DNA of 64,000 nucleotides from Clostridia bacterium (lineage in GTDB: Bacteria > Bacillota > Clostridia > TANB77 > RGIG9151): positions 4,481-68,480 of the forward strand of contig JAFSUW010000003.1 in assembly GCA_017450465.1 (NCBI GenBank). The letters are read 5' to 3'. A program made the position numbers and the translations under genes. Positions within the stretch are counted from its first letter, which is position 1, and every line of letters starts with the position of its first letter. The notes under the pieces are model-generated. The model saw nothing but the letters and a program-made list of their open reading frames with translations. It was not told where the DNA came from and did not search any database. Of this stretch, positions 23,001-31,852 are shown piece by piece.

Positions 23001-24367
23001 AAAAAGTCGGAACAGATGATAATTTGTTCCACATTGGCGGCGATTCACTAACTGTTATTCAATTATTAACACGGCTATATAAATATAATTTCAAACTCAC
23101 GGCAGCAGATTTTTATGAATATCCAACAATAAAATTACTAGCAAGCAAAATTGATGGCGAAGTAAAGAAAGAAAAGAAAGTATCTAGTAAAGAAGAAATT
23201 TTAAAACCATTGCCATACAAAGAAGTTAGTAAAATAGAACCTCAAAAATTATCTGGGAATGTGCTTTTAACTGGTGCCACTGGATTTTTAGGCTCACACA
23301 TTTTAAAAGAATTACTTGATACTACAGATTCTACTATGTACTGTTTAATTCGTTCGAATAAAGAAAAATCTTCACTTGAAAGATTAAAAGATACAATGAA
23401 GTTCTATTTTAAGGACAAAATTAATTATAACAGAATTAAAGTATTAGATGGCGATATAACTGAAGACTATTTAGGATTATCCGAAAAAGAATATGACGAA
23501 CTTGGCAAAGATATAAGGACAATAATACATACTGCAGCACTCGTTAAATACTATGGAGATTATAGTGACTTCGAAAGAATTAACGTTGGTGGTGTAGCAA
23601 ATGTTATAAAACTTGCTAAAAAATATGACATCAAATTAAATCATATTTCTACAATTGGTATTTCTGGAAGTTACCTTGTTGACTGCGACAAAAAGGGCTT
23701 AATTCTTACTGAAAAAGACTTGTTTGTTGGTCAAAATTATAAAGAAAACGTATATGTACATAGTAAATTTGAAGCTGAAAAACTAATTATTCAAGAAGAA
23801 AAGAATGGACTTAAGGCAACCGTATTTAGAATGGGTAACTTGACTGGTCGAAATAGCGATGGTCAGTTCCAGAAAAATATGAATGATAATGCATTTAATA
23901 ATATTATCAAAACTGTAGTATTACTAAAAACAGTGCCTGAAAGTTTAATGGATACTGATGTTGAATTTACACCTGTAGATTTGGCAGCAAAATCATTATT
24001 AAAAATTGCTGCTACTAAAGAATCTACTAATAGAATATTCCATATAACAAACTTCAAAGAAATTAAGTTTAATGTTGTAATGGAAATGCTAAAAAAGATG
24101 TCACTAAATTTAACAGTTCTTTCAAATGATGAATTTAAGAATTTTGTTACAAAAGTTTCTGAAAATAACGACAAGAATAAATACTTAGTAGGTATAATTC
24201 CAGACATGAGTAACTCAAAAGATTTGACTTATGATGTCCCTGTAAAAGTGCATTGTGAAATAACTGAAAGCTTCTTAAAACTTTTAGGATTTGAATGGCC
24301 TGATATTGACTACACATACGTAGAAAAAGTAATTAAACACTTACAAGATAGACATTTCTTTGAATAA
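20075..24367 (+). CDS. single-module non-ribosomal peptide synthetase, C-A-T-R (condensation, adenylation, thiolation, terminal thioester reductase)
   Basis: C3 HHIISDAWS. A-domain cores LKSGGAYLPI, YTSGSTGKPKGV, FDFS, NMYGITETT, GEICVTGAGVARGYL, YRSGDLGRY, GRIDNQVKIRGFRVELDEIE, NGKIDR. PCP site GGDSL. R domain GATGFLGSHIL plus YVHSK. Confidence 0.85.
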   Translation: MSDKKLYELTEQQQGMWYTEKLYPNTSMGSITGIIKIKDTINFEVLEKAINKFVEKNDAMRLIITEENGNPMQYVSDFKYSKLKFIDFSKKDTKDLYEWEENEAKKAFDIHNSLLFEFVMFKAANEGGFVIRVHHIISDAWSLVNLSSKVIENYIKMKNNAYAEENNAPSYIDFINSEKEYLASKRFNLDKKYWEDKLSIFEDITTLKENKSDNTSIKSKRKTFVLPEKLSNKIREFCKEKKVSEYTLFIAAISMYINRTRNKEDMFFGTSLLNRSTKAEKETMGMFVNAAVPVHVKVNGESNFDDFIESISKELLSTLKHQKYPYSEMTKFTKKTKLFDIVLNYQNAKLNHKLDLDYLTRWVVNDSQIESLIVNVNDRDGEGNLIIDYDYLTDLFYAKEVDFIHQHIINILWHALDNCKKPIADLEMLSEVEKDKILHKFNDDNATYDHNITIHEIFEKQVEKYPNNIALTFDGKNMTYKELNEKANALAHILRKNGLKREDIVCMILDKSFNTIISILAILKSGGAYLPILPDYPTERIDFMLADSGSKFLITQKEYKGKYKFDGLILCADDEKIYNEDKTNLPNVNKPEDLLYIIYTSGSTGKPKGVMLEHRNVVRLLYNSAFQFDFNDKDVWTMFHSYCFDFSVWEMYGALLYGGRLVIIPKEISRDVQEFLKVLRKEKVTILNQTPNVFYNLVNEEVKEKNADLVIRYIVFGGEALKPTMLKPFRDKYPKTKLINMYGITETTVHVTFKDLSDEDIASSKSNIGKPIPTLKTYIMDKNLKLLPVNTPGEICVTGAGVARGYLNRPELTKEKFVVNPYNPTERMYRSGDLGRYYAEGDIEYLGRIDNQVKIRGFRVELDEIERTILTFDGAKNALVMAKKDNNEKNFLCAYVVKTKDIDVQKLREHLAKTLPDYMVPAYYVFLDAFPLTVNGKIDRKNLPEPEAVDNTIYIAPVTETEKILASTFAEVLNKEKVGTDDNLFHIGGDSLTVIQLLTRLYKYNFKLTAADFYEYPTIKLLASKIDGEVKKEKKVSSKEEILKPLPYKEVSKIEPQKLSGNVLLTGATGFLGSHILKELLDTTDSTMYCLIRSNKEKSSLERLKDTMKFYFKDKINYNRIKVLDGDITEDYLGLSEKEYDELGKDIRTIIHTAALVKYYGDYSDFERINVGGVANVIKLAKKYDIKLNHISTIGISGSYLVDCDKKGLILTEKDLFVGQNYKENVYVHSKFEAEKLIIQEEKNGLKATVFRMGNLTGRNSDGQFQKNMNDNAFNNIIKTVVLLKTVPESLMDTDVEFTPVDLAAKSLLKIAATKESTNRIFHITNFKEIKFNVVMEMLKKMSLNLTVLSNDEFKNFVTKVSENNDKNKYLVGIIPDMSNSKDLTYDVPVKVHCEITESFLKLLGFEWPDIDYTYVEKVIKHLQDRHFFE

Positions 24368-24395
24368 ATTATATTGAAAGGATGCGTAAATACAT

Positions 24396-26369
24396 ATGAA
24401 AAAACACAATTATTTAGCTAAAATAATTATGGTGTATAACATTATATTTATTGTTCTTGGTGTAGTATTCTACTTTGTATCACCAGAAATATTAAACTTC
24501 CCACCATATTCAATAAATAACGAATTTGAACGTTCTATGGATTCTGGTCTTAATTTTTACCAACAGTATCTTATAGGAATGCTTGCCCTAATGTTTATTG
24601 GTGACTTATTTGTTTACTTTAGTTTGCGTGGTATTGGTAAATATGCACAAGCAAATCCTGAAGAATTAGAAAAAATAAAAAGAAAATGTTTTACAATTCC
24701 TTATAGATTATATGTTATTCAAACATTGTTACCATTTATTATAGTAACTATATTACTTTACTTAACTGAAACAAAGCCAATTTTAATACTTAAAACAGTT
24801 GCATTAATATTCACATTCTCGACTTTAGTATCAGTAATATCTTATTTGTATTCAAAAAAAGTATTGAAACATTTATTGTTCTCGTTAAATAATTCAGAGG
24901 CATTCAAAAATAAATTACACTTTAATTTTAGAGCAAGAATTTTATTACAATTTTTACCACTTATAGTCGTAGCAATATTATTCCCATCAGTTGCTGGTTA
25001 TTCTTCACTAAACCGTGAACGTGGTGAACTTATTTTCGAAGAATATCAATATTTGTTAAATGATAAATTACAAAACGAATATAAATCACTTAGTGAGTTG
25101 ATGTTAGAATTAAAAGAAATTCCAATGAGAAATGAGCAAGATAGTATCTTCATTGTAGATATAAATAGAAAAGTTCATTATCCTGCTGATGAAGAATTAA
25201 GTGAATTCTTTATTAACTATGTATTCCAAGTATCAGACAAATTAGATGGTCACGTCTATGACTATTGGGGATCAGACACCGAAGGTATTGTTATAAAGAA
25301 GATATTTATAGATGGAATGGAATATTATGCGGGTGTTATTTATCCAGCATATTCATATTCTGGCTTAAAATTCTTACTTGTTAGTGTAATAGCAATTTTA
25401 ACTGGTTGTATTTTGTTTTTACTATATTTTTCAAAAGATATTGCAACAGATATTTCTAATGTGTCAGAAATGTTGGCACTATTATCTACACAAGCCGAAA
25501 TTGATTATGATAAAAAGATACCAGTTACATCAAACGATGAAATAGGAGACCTGATAGTCTCATTCAATAAAATACTCGACCTTGAAAAACACAACATAGC
25601 GACTATATCGCGTAACCAAGAAATAATGGTCGAACAAGAACGTTTGTCGTCACTTGGTCAATTAATTGGTGGTATTGCGCACAACCTAAAAACTCCTATC
25701 ATGTCGATAGCAGGAGCAGTAGAAGGGCTTACAGATTTAATTAAAGAGTATGATGAATCAGTTGAAGATAAATCAGTAACACCACAAGATCATCATGAAA
25801 TTGCGCACGACATGCAAGAGTGGGTTGATAAAATAAGACCATACTTAAGTTATATGACTGAAGTTATTGATACAGTTAAAGGTCAGGCCGTTTCAATGAA
25901 TGCAACAACTATGACAAGCTTTAGTGCAAAAGAACTTATGTCTAGAACGCAGATTTTACTTCGTGATGAATTAAAACGTAGACATTGTACATTAAACTTG
26001 AAGTTTGAAGTCGATGAAAACAGTAATATAGCTGGAGAAATAAGTGCTATAGTTCAAGTCATTGATAACTTAATAATTAACGCTATGGACGCTTATAAAG
26101 GCGAACCTGGTACAATTGATATATTAGTCCATGAAGATGCCAAGAAGATATATATCGACGTTAAAGACTATGCTGGAGGAATTCCAAAACACGTTCAAGA
26201 ACGTTTGTTTAAAGAGATGGTAACGTCAAAAGGTAAAAATGGTACTGGTCTTGGATTATATATGTCATATTCAACTATTAAAGGCAAATTTAATGGTGAT
26301 ATGCGTTACGAAACAAAAGAAGGAGAAGGTACAACATTCTTCATTGAATTAAATAAATATAAAGGATAA
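24396..26369 (+). CDS. polytopic membrane sensor histidine kinase (orphan; no response regulator nearby)
   Basis: At least six N-terminal TM helices. H-box GGIAHNLKTP, N-box NLIINAMDA, G1 DYAGGIP, G2 GTGLGL. Starts 28 nt after the NRPS stop. Confidence 0.8.
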   Translation: MKKHNYLAKIIMVYNIIFIVLGVVFYFVSPEILNFPPYSINNEFERSMDSGLNFYQQYLIGMLALMFIGDLFVYFSLRGIGKYAQANPEELEKIKRKCFTIPYRLYVIQTLLPFIIVTILLYLTETKPILILKTVALIFTFSTLVSVISYLYSKKVLKHLLFSLNNSEAFKNKLHFNFRARILLQFLPLIVVAILFPSVAGYSSLNRERGELIFEEYQYLLNDKLQNEYKSLSELMLELKEIPMRNEQDSIFIVDINRKVHYPADEELSEFFINYVFQVSDKLDGHVYDYWGSDTEGIVIKKIFIDGMEYYAGVIYPAYSYSGLKFLLVSVIAILTGCILFLLYFSKDIATDISNVSEMLALLSTQAEIDYDKKIPVTSNDEIGDLIVSFNKILDLEKHNIATISRNQEIMVEQERLSSLGQLIGGIAHNLKTPIMSIAGAVEGLTDLIKEYDESVEDKSVTPQDHHEIAHDMQEWVDKIRPYLSYMTEVIDTVKGQAVSMNATTMTSFSAKELMSRTQILLRDELKRRHCTLNLKFEVDENSNIAGEISAIVQVIDNLIINAMDAYKGEPGTIDILVHEDAKKIYIDVKDYAGGIPKHVQERLFKEMVTSKGKNGTGLGLYMSYSTIKGKFNGDMRYETKEGEGTTFFIELNKYKG

Positions 26370-26392
26370 AAATCCAAATTGCGCAAAATGAA

Positions 26393-26420
26393 AAGGGGAG
26401 AACAGAAGTTCTCTCCTTTT
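26393..26420. terminator. bidirectional intrinsic terminator AGGGGAGAAC-agaa-GTTCTCTCCTTTTT
   Basis: Sits between the convergent HK and recombinase genes. Confidence 0.65.
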
Positions 26421-27397
26421 TAATCATCTTTTTCTTCTTGTTCAAAATCAGCAAGAGGATTTTTATTTACTGCATCTTTTAATTGTTCTTTATTAGTATG
26501 CGTATAAATTTCTGTAGTTGCGACGCTTTCATGACCAAGAATTTCCTGCAAAGACCTTATATCAACATTACCATACTGATACATCAAAGTGGCAGCGGTA
26601 TGACGAAGTTTATGGGGAGTTATTTTGTCAGTATCAAGACCGGCCTCAGCAAGGTATTTTTTGACTATATATTGAACGGCACGAGGACTGATACGCTTTT
26701 TTCGTTCACTTAAGAATAATGCATTTCTATCTTTAACACCTTCGCGTGGACGGACGCGCATATATTCGTTTAGGGCGGTTTTTGAGGCATGGTTAAGGTA
26801 AACGGTCCTCTCTTTATTGCCCTTGCCTATAACGGTCAATTTGTCGTCCTTGATTTGGTTAATATTTATTGAAATTAGCTCACTAAGCCGCAATCCGCAG
26901 TTTAAGAATAGGGTAATAATAGCATAGTCACGTTCCTTATTATCGCCATCAATGGCATTAAGTAGCTGTTTACTCTCATCAACGTTTAAGTATTTAGGTA
27001 TACGTTTGCCAAGTTTCGGCGATTCAAGCTCTTTAGCAGGGTTTTGATCGAGTATTTTGGCTTTAACAGTAAGATAATTAAACAGTGAACGTATAGATGC
27101 AACTTTACGAGCCCTTGAAACAACTTTGTTGGATCTATCTAACTCTAAATAATTCATGTACGCATAAAGGTCGCTTAAATCGATTTTTTTCATAAATTCG
27201 ATATCTATGTCATAAACTTCAATAGACTCGAAATTTGAGGAAACAGGAACGAGTCGAAAATGAAGTTTCAAAAACCTTAAAAAATTCCTGAGGTCATAAT
27301 GATATTCACGAATAGTATTAGATGATTTGCCTTTAATAGTACTCATATAACTTAAGAAATCTTGTACGAATGCTGGAACGTCTGTATAATCGGTCAT
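26420..27397 (-). CDS. XerC/XerD-family tyrosine site-specific recombinase
   Basis: C-terminal catalytic region HKLRHTAATLMYQYG...LGHESVATTEIYTH (R-H-R-Y signature). N-terminal SAM-like domain. 325 aa. Confidence 0.8.
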   Translation of the reverse strand: MTDYTDVPAFVQDFLSYMSTIKGKSSNTIREYHYDLRNFLRFLKLHFRLVPVSSNFESIEVYDIDIEFMKKIDLSDLYAYMNYLELDRSNKVVSRARKVASIRSLFNYLTVKAKILDQNPAKELESPKLGKRIPKYLNVDESKQLLNAIDGDNKERDYAIITLFLNCGLRLSELISININQIKDDKLTVIGKGNKERTVYLNHASKTALNEYMRVRPREGVKDRNALFLSERKKRISPRAVQYIVKKYLAEAGLDTDKITPHKLRHTAATLMYQYGNVDIRSLQEILGHESVATTEIYTHTNKEQLKDAVNKNPLADFEQEEKDD

Positions 27398-27530
27398 TTT
27401 GCGCCTCCTTCTATCGTTTTTCGCAAAATTTTTATTTTGCGCAATTAGGAATATACAAAAACAAGGATAAATTTACTACTACCACTACTGCTATCAATGA
27501 AAAAATATATTTTAGAAAGGATCGGTAATT

Positions 27531-27959
27531 ATGCAAAAAATAAATTTTAAAATAATTTTTATATTTTCCTTACTTATAATTATCGGCTTTTGTATAGTTT
27601 TTTATTATATTGAACTTGCAAATACTATAATTATAACTAAGGATAATTATATAGAAATTTTGCGTAATTGTCACGATAACATCGATGATTTTGTTGGCAA
27701 AAAAATTGTTGTTTCAGGTTATGTCTACTTGCAAGACAATTTTAGTTTTAATCATTTTGTTATTGCCAAAAATTTAGTTGTAATGCCTGGAGGTGAACCA
27801 TATGTTGTAGGTTTTTTATGTGAAAATTTGACTGACTACTCCTTCTACTCTAACGATACCATAAGAATTAAAGGAAAAATAGTTAAAGGAAACTTTAACG
27901 GTATTGATTACCCTATTATACAGTTTAAAAATTTTGAATTTGTGCCATATAAAACATGA
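27531..27959 (+). CDS. small membrane-anchored hypothetical protein
   Basis: N-terminal TM (IIFIFSLLIIIGFCIVFYYI) then an approximately 110-aa soluble domain. Confidence 0.4.
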   Translation: MQKINFKIIFIFSLLIIIGFCIVFYYIELANTIIITKDNYIEILRNCHDNIDDFVGKKIVVSGYVYLQDNFSFNHFVIAKNLVVMPGGEPYVVGFLCENLTDYSFYSNDTIRIKGKIVKGNFNGIDYPIIQFKNFEFVPYKT

Positions 27960-28012
27960 TTTAAAAGAAAAAAAGCGGATAGAATGCAAATTCTATCCAC
28001 TCGGCAAAAGAT

Positions 28013-28480
28013 TCATGAAAAATCTCGTCTATTAAACTGGATCCCGCAGCGTACGTTTGTGTGTGACCCGATGAAGTCGTTGAATATTATGTTGCAATGT
28101 CTACTGCATTTATCACACACGCCTTTTGGAAGTTCCTTCATCGAAACCAGCGCCTTGAAATACATGTTTACCGAATCGTCGTCTTGGTTTACGAACTTAA
28201 AATCGTGAGGGTCAATTACTCTGTTAAATATTGCACCAGAATAGTTACAAACAACATCTTTCTTACCCGCAATGTAGCTTAAGTACAGCTGATTTTTTCT
28301 GGTATCCTTAGCAATATTTACTCGTACACTTATTTCTTTATTACGCGGGCATACTAAATTGTTTACCGCTGAAAGTCGTTCTCCTGTCCACTCATGCCAT
28401 TCGTTGCAAAAAGGACAAAGCCATTTTACTGGCCTTAGCTTTGATAGTTTTCTGAACATAATGTCTCCTTTTTTGTACAT
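28013..28480 (-). CDS. hypothetical Cys-rich (zinc-ribbon-like) 155-aa protein; 3' half has raised GC; monocistronic cassette
   Basis: CPFC...C and CDKCSRHC clusters. AAAGGAG RBS, own consensus promoter and terminator. Confidence 0.45.
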   Translation of the reverse strand: MYKKGDIMFRKLSKLRPVKWLCPFCNEWHEWTGERLSAVNNLVCPRNKEISVRVNIAKDTRKNQLYLSYIAGKKDVVCNYSGAIFNRVIDPHDFKFVNQDDDSVNMYFKALVSMKELPKGVCDKCSRHCNIIFNDFIGSHTNVRCGIQFNRRDFS

Positions 28481-28543
28481 AGGTGTTTTATACGACCTTG
28501 GGTTTTAAGTTTGCCAATATGTTCATCAAAATGAACAGAATGA

Positions 28544-28572
28544 ATTATATCACCAAAATATATTTATGTCAA
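28544..28572 (-). promoter_or_regulatory. consensus sigma-A promoter TTGACA, 17-nt spacer, TGaTATAAT
   Basis: Read on minus strand. Contains the same 15-mer TTTAGTTGACATAAA as 7317-7331. Confidence 0.55.
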
Positions 28573-28607
28573 CTAAAGAAAAAGGGCGATTATTACTCGC
28601 CCCTGTA

Positions 28608-29759
28608 CTACTCTTCTACTTCTTCTGCTTCTTTTACCTCTTCTACTTCAAATATATCTTTAATCATACCTCTCGTATAAATACCGCTTAGAATACTCTT
28701 TAATATAATAAGCACAATTGGTCCAACGATAAGACCAAATACGCCAATTAATTGTACACCAGTATACATCGCAATTAATGTAAGTAATGGATAAATTCCA
28801 ATCTGACTTCCTACTATCTTTGGTTCTAATAACTGACGCATAACTGTTACAAACAAGTACATGATGATTAAATAAAATGCCATTTGATAATTACCTGTTA
28901 TTAAACATACCAAAGCCCATGGTATTAAAACCGTTCCTGTTCCTAGTATTGGCAATGCATCAATGATTGCAATAACTATTGCTAAAATTAATGCATATTC
29001 AATTTTATATAATGTAAAGAATATGAATAATTCAAAACACGTGATAGACATCATTATAAGTTCTGCTTTTACATATCCGCCAAGTGCTGCAAATAAATCA
29101 TTTATAACACTTGATAATTTGTCTAACCATTTCTTAGGCACATGATTTTCAAGTGATTCTCTAATATATTTATTATCTGAACTTATAAAGAATGTTGCTA
29201 AAAATGTAATAATTATATAAACAAGTACTTGTGGTAATGAAACAACAAAGTTATATATTCCCGTAACAAGTATATTTAAGAAATTAGAAAACGCAGTTAA
29301 AATTGTGCTGATTGCACTTGAAAACGAATTTTCTATAGTATCTATTACATCTTGCGATAAATCAAGACCTTTATAGAAAAACGTAAATCTGCTAATTAAG
29401 TCCATAATTGTGTTATATGCTTTTGGTACTAAATGCGATGATGATTGTGATAACGAAACAATTTCTCGTATTAGTGATGAGAAGAATAAATATCCGATAC
29501 CACCAATTATTGTAATAAATAAAATTATACAAAGTATAACTGAAATTGCTTTAGGAAGCTTAAATTTCTTTACCAAAAATTCACTAGGTCTCTTTATTAA
29601 TTTATAAATTATGTAAGCAATTAAAAATGGCATATAGAATATGGCAAGTTTAAATGCTAAATATACTCCTACAACGAATAATACTAAATATAAAAGCATC
29701 ATCAATATTTTTTTATACGACAACTTTAATTTGTTTTCCACGTCATTCACCTCGTACAC
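28608..29759 (-). CDS. AI-2E family (UPF0118/PerM-like) membrane transporter
   Basis: 383 aa, about eight TM helices, acidic C-terminal tail EEVKEAEEVEE. Terminator hairpin GGGCGATTATTACTCGCCC downstream. Confidence 0.7.
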   Translation of the reverse strand: MYEVNDVENKLKLSYKKILMMLLYLVLFVVGVYLAFKLAIFYMPFLIAYIIYKLIKRPSEFLVKKFKLPKAISVILCIILFITIIGGIGYLFFSSLIREIVSLSQSSSHLVPKAYNTIMDLISRFTFFYKGLDLSQDVIDTIENSFSSAISTILTAFSNFLNILVTGIYNFVVSLPQVLVYIIITFLATFFISSDNKYIRESLENHVPKKWLDKLSSVINDLFAALGGYVKAELIMMSITCFELFIFFTLYKIEYALILAIVIAIIDALPILGTGTVLIPWALVCLITGNYQMAFYLIIMYLFVTVMRQLLEPKIVGSQIGIYPLLTLIAMYTGVQLIGVFGLIVGPIVLIILKSILSGIYTRGMIKDIFEVEEVKEAEEVEE

Positions 29760-29838
29760 ATTTTAACATATTGAATAGGAATATTAAAGTAGTTTTGGAT
29801 AAAAAAATATACCTCCGAAGAGGTATATTTTAAGTTAA

Positions 29839-30114
29839 TTACTTATTAACGCTTGCTTTTAATGCTTTACCAGCTTTGAATACAGGAGCATTCTTTGCAG
29901 GAATCTTGATTGTTTTCTTTGTTTGTGGGTTGATTCCTTCTCTTGCTTTTCTTGTTCTTACTTCAAAAGTACCGAAACCAACAAGACCTACTTTATCACC
30001 TTTCTTTAATCTCTCTGTAACTGTTGCAACGAATGCATTTAATGCACATTCTGAATCCTTCTTTGTTAAATTTGTTTTTTCTGCAATACTTGCGATTAAT
30101 TCGGCTTTGTTCAT
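29839..30114 (-). CDS. hup: DNA-binding protein HU
   Basis: MNKAELIASIAEKT...GFGTFEVRTRKAREGINPQT, about 91 aa. Followed by a hairpin plus T-run terminator at 29786-29815. Confidence 0.9.
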   Translation of the reverse strand: MNKAELIASIAEKTNLTKKDSECALNAFVATVTERLKKGDKVGLVGFGTFEVRTRKAREGINPQTKKTIKIPAKNAPVFKAGKALKASVNK

Positions 30115-30267
30115 CTTAAAATTACCTCCCTTAAAATTTTGTTAATTTCTAACTTCCATTGTATTTATCGGCAATCCATGGAAAACTTTATAGTATTTTA
30201 CTAAAAAAATAAATTTTTCTCGTAAAATATTGTTGCCATAAATTTGGAAAATATTCAGGAAGTTTAG

Positions 30268-30840
30268 TTATTTTTTACAAACACCTTTAGCATTCGCACT
30301 TTTTTGCTTCCAACTCGCTTTTTTAGTGTCCTGCTCTGTGCTTCTTTCATTATATCTATTCAAAACGTATTTTTCAAGAGGTCTTTTTAATTTTGTTACA
30401 AAAATATCTTTTATTGAAATTTGTTCGACCAGAATTGTTAGCATATTTAAGCGATTACCACCATATACATCTGTAAAAATCTGATCCCCTACTACTGCTA
30501 CTTCAGTATTATTTATATCCATTTCATTCATTGCTTGCACTAATCCTTTTTTTAATGGCTTTGCAGCATGAAAAACATATTTTAACGATAATTTATTTGC
30601 TATTTCATTTACTCGTTCTTTCGAATTATTAGATACTAGATATACTTTTATATCATTCTTCTTTGCAGTATCTATCCATTCTATAGTAGATTCACGAATG
30701 TTTTTATAATAGTCAATTAGTGTATTATCTATGTCTAGTATCATTCCTTTTATGCCTTTGTTTTTTAAGTTGTCAAAATTTATATCTTCTACTTTCTTAA
30801 CATACATGTCTGGGAAAAAACGTTCTATCATTTTTAACAT
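30268..30840 (-). CDS. yqeG: YqeG-family HAD-IIIA phosphatase
   Basis: DIDNTLI (HAD motif I), VSNN, GDQIFTD. Basic C-terminal extension. Overlaps the dusB stop by 7 nt. Confidence 0.65.
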   Translation of the reverse strand: MLKMIERFFPDMYVKKVEDINFDNLKNKGIKGMILDIDNTLIDYYKNIRESTIEWIDTAKKNDIKVYLVSNNSKERVNEIANKLSLKYVFHAAKPLKKGLVQAMNEMDINNTEVAVVGDQIFTDVYGGNRLNMLTILVEQISIKDIFVTKLKRPLEKYVLNRYNERSTEQDTKKASWKQKSANAKGVCKK

Positions 30841-31802
30841 CCTTTCATTGTATTTAAAATTTTAATAAGTTCGCTACTATCTGTAATTGTTGATATTTTA
30901 TTTCGCATTTCTGCAGCACCTGGCATATTTTTTATATATGCGAAAAGATTTTTCCTTATTTCACGAACCGCAGTATATTCGCCTTTATTCTCAATTAAAA
31001 GTTTTAAGTGGTAAATTGCTAAGTCTATTTTCTCGTCAAAATTAGGTCCAGTGTAAGTACCATCAGTTAAGTATGTGAGTATATTTTTGAAAATCCAAGG
31101 ATTACCCATACTACCTCTTGCAATCATTATACCATCTACACCGGTATAATCAAACATATTTTTTGCTTCTTCCGGAGTTGTTATATCACCATTTCCAATA
31201 ACAATAATGTTTACCGCTTCTTTTACTTTTTTTATAATATTTAAGTCACACTTACCCGTGTAACCTTGTTCTCTTGTTCTGCCATGAATTGTTATTTGCG
31301 GCAAACCGCATTGTTCTGCAATTTTTGCAAGTTCTACAGCGTTTATATTATTTTCGTCATATCCTTTTCTCATCTTTACTGTAACAGGTACTTTTGACGC
31401 CTTTACTACTTCTTTAATAATTTTTTCAGCAAGTGTTAAGTCTTTCATTAAGGCTGAGCCCTCGCCATTTTTAATAATTTTATTTGCAGGGCAACCCATA
31501 TTTATATCTATTATATCTGCAGTTTCGCTTAATTGTTCAGCAGTTTTAGCCATAGTAAGTGGATCTGAACCAAAAATTTGTACACCAATAGGATGTTCTG
31601 CTTCATCTATTTCACACAAAGTCATTGTTTTCTTACTACCGTATGAAATTGCTTTAGAACTAACCATTTCGGTATACATCATACCAGCGCCAAAATCTTT
31701 ACAAATTTTTCGATATGCTAAATCGGTAACACCTGCCATTGGTGCTAGAAATATATTATTTTTAGTTTCAACATTACCTATTTTCAATGGTTTTATGTAC
31801 AT
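30834..31802 (-). CDS. dusB: tRNA-dihydrouridine synthase
   Basis: FLAPMAGVTD, IDINMGCP, Dus-type TIM barrel. 322 aa. Confidence 0.85.
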   Translation of the reverse strand: MYIKPLKIGNVETKNNIFLAPMAGVTDLAYRKICKDFGAGMMYTEMVSSKAISYGSKKTMTLCEIDEAEHPIGVQIFGSDPLTMAKTAEQLSETADIIDINMGCPANKIIKNGEGSALMKDLTLAEKIIKEVVKASKVPVTVKMRKGYDENNINAVELAKIAEQCGLPQITIHGRTREQGYTGKCDLNIIKKVKEAVNIIVIGNGDITTPEEAKNMFDYTGVDGIMIARGSMGNPWIFKNILTYLTDGTYTGPNFDEKIDLAIYHLKLLIENKGEYTAVREIRKNLFAYIKNMPGAAEMRNKISTITDSSELIKILNTMKGC

Positions 31803-31852
31803 AATTCACCTCACAAAACAAAAAAATACACGCAAGTTTTGCGTGCATTCTC

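Noticed and set aside
26420-27397. Recombinase as a prophage integrase marking a prophage
   Set aside because: No phage structural, terminase or repressor genes are nearby. The 325-aa size and SAM-like N-terminal domain fit the Xer class rather than a phage integrase. tRNA-Met is 4.5 kb away with housekeeping genes in between.
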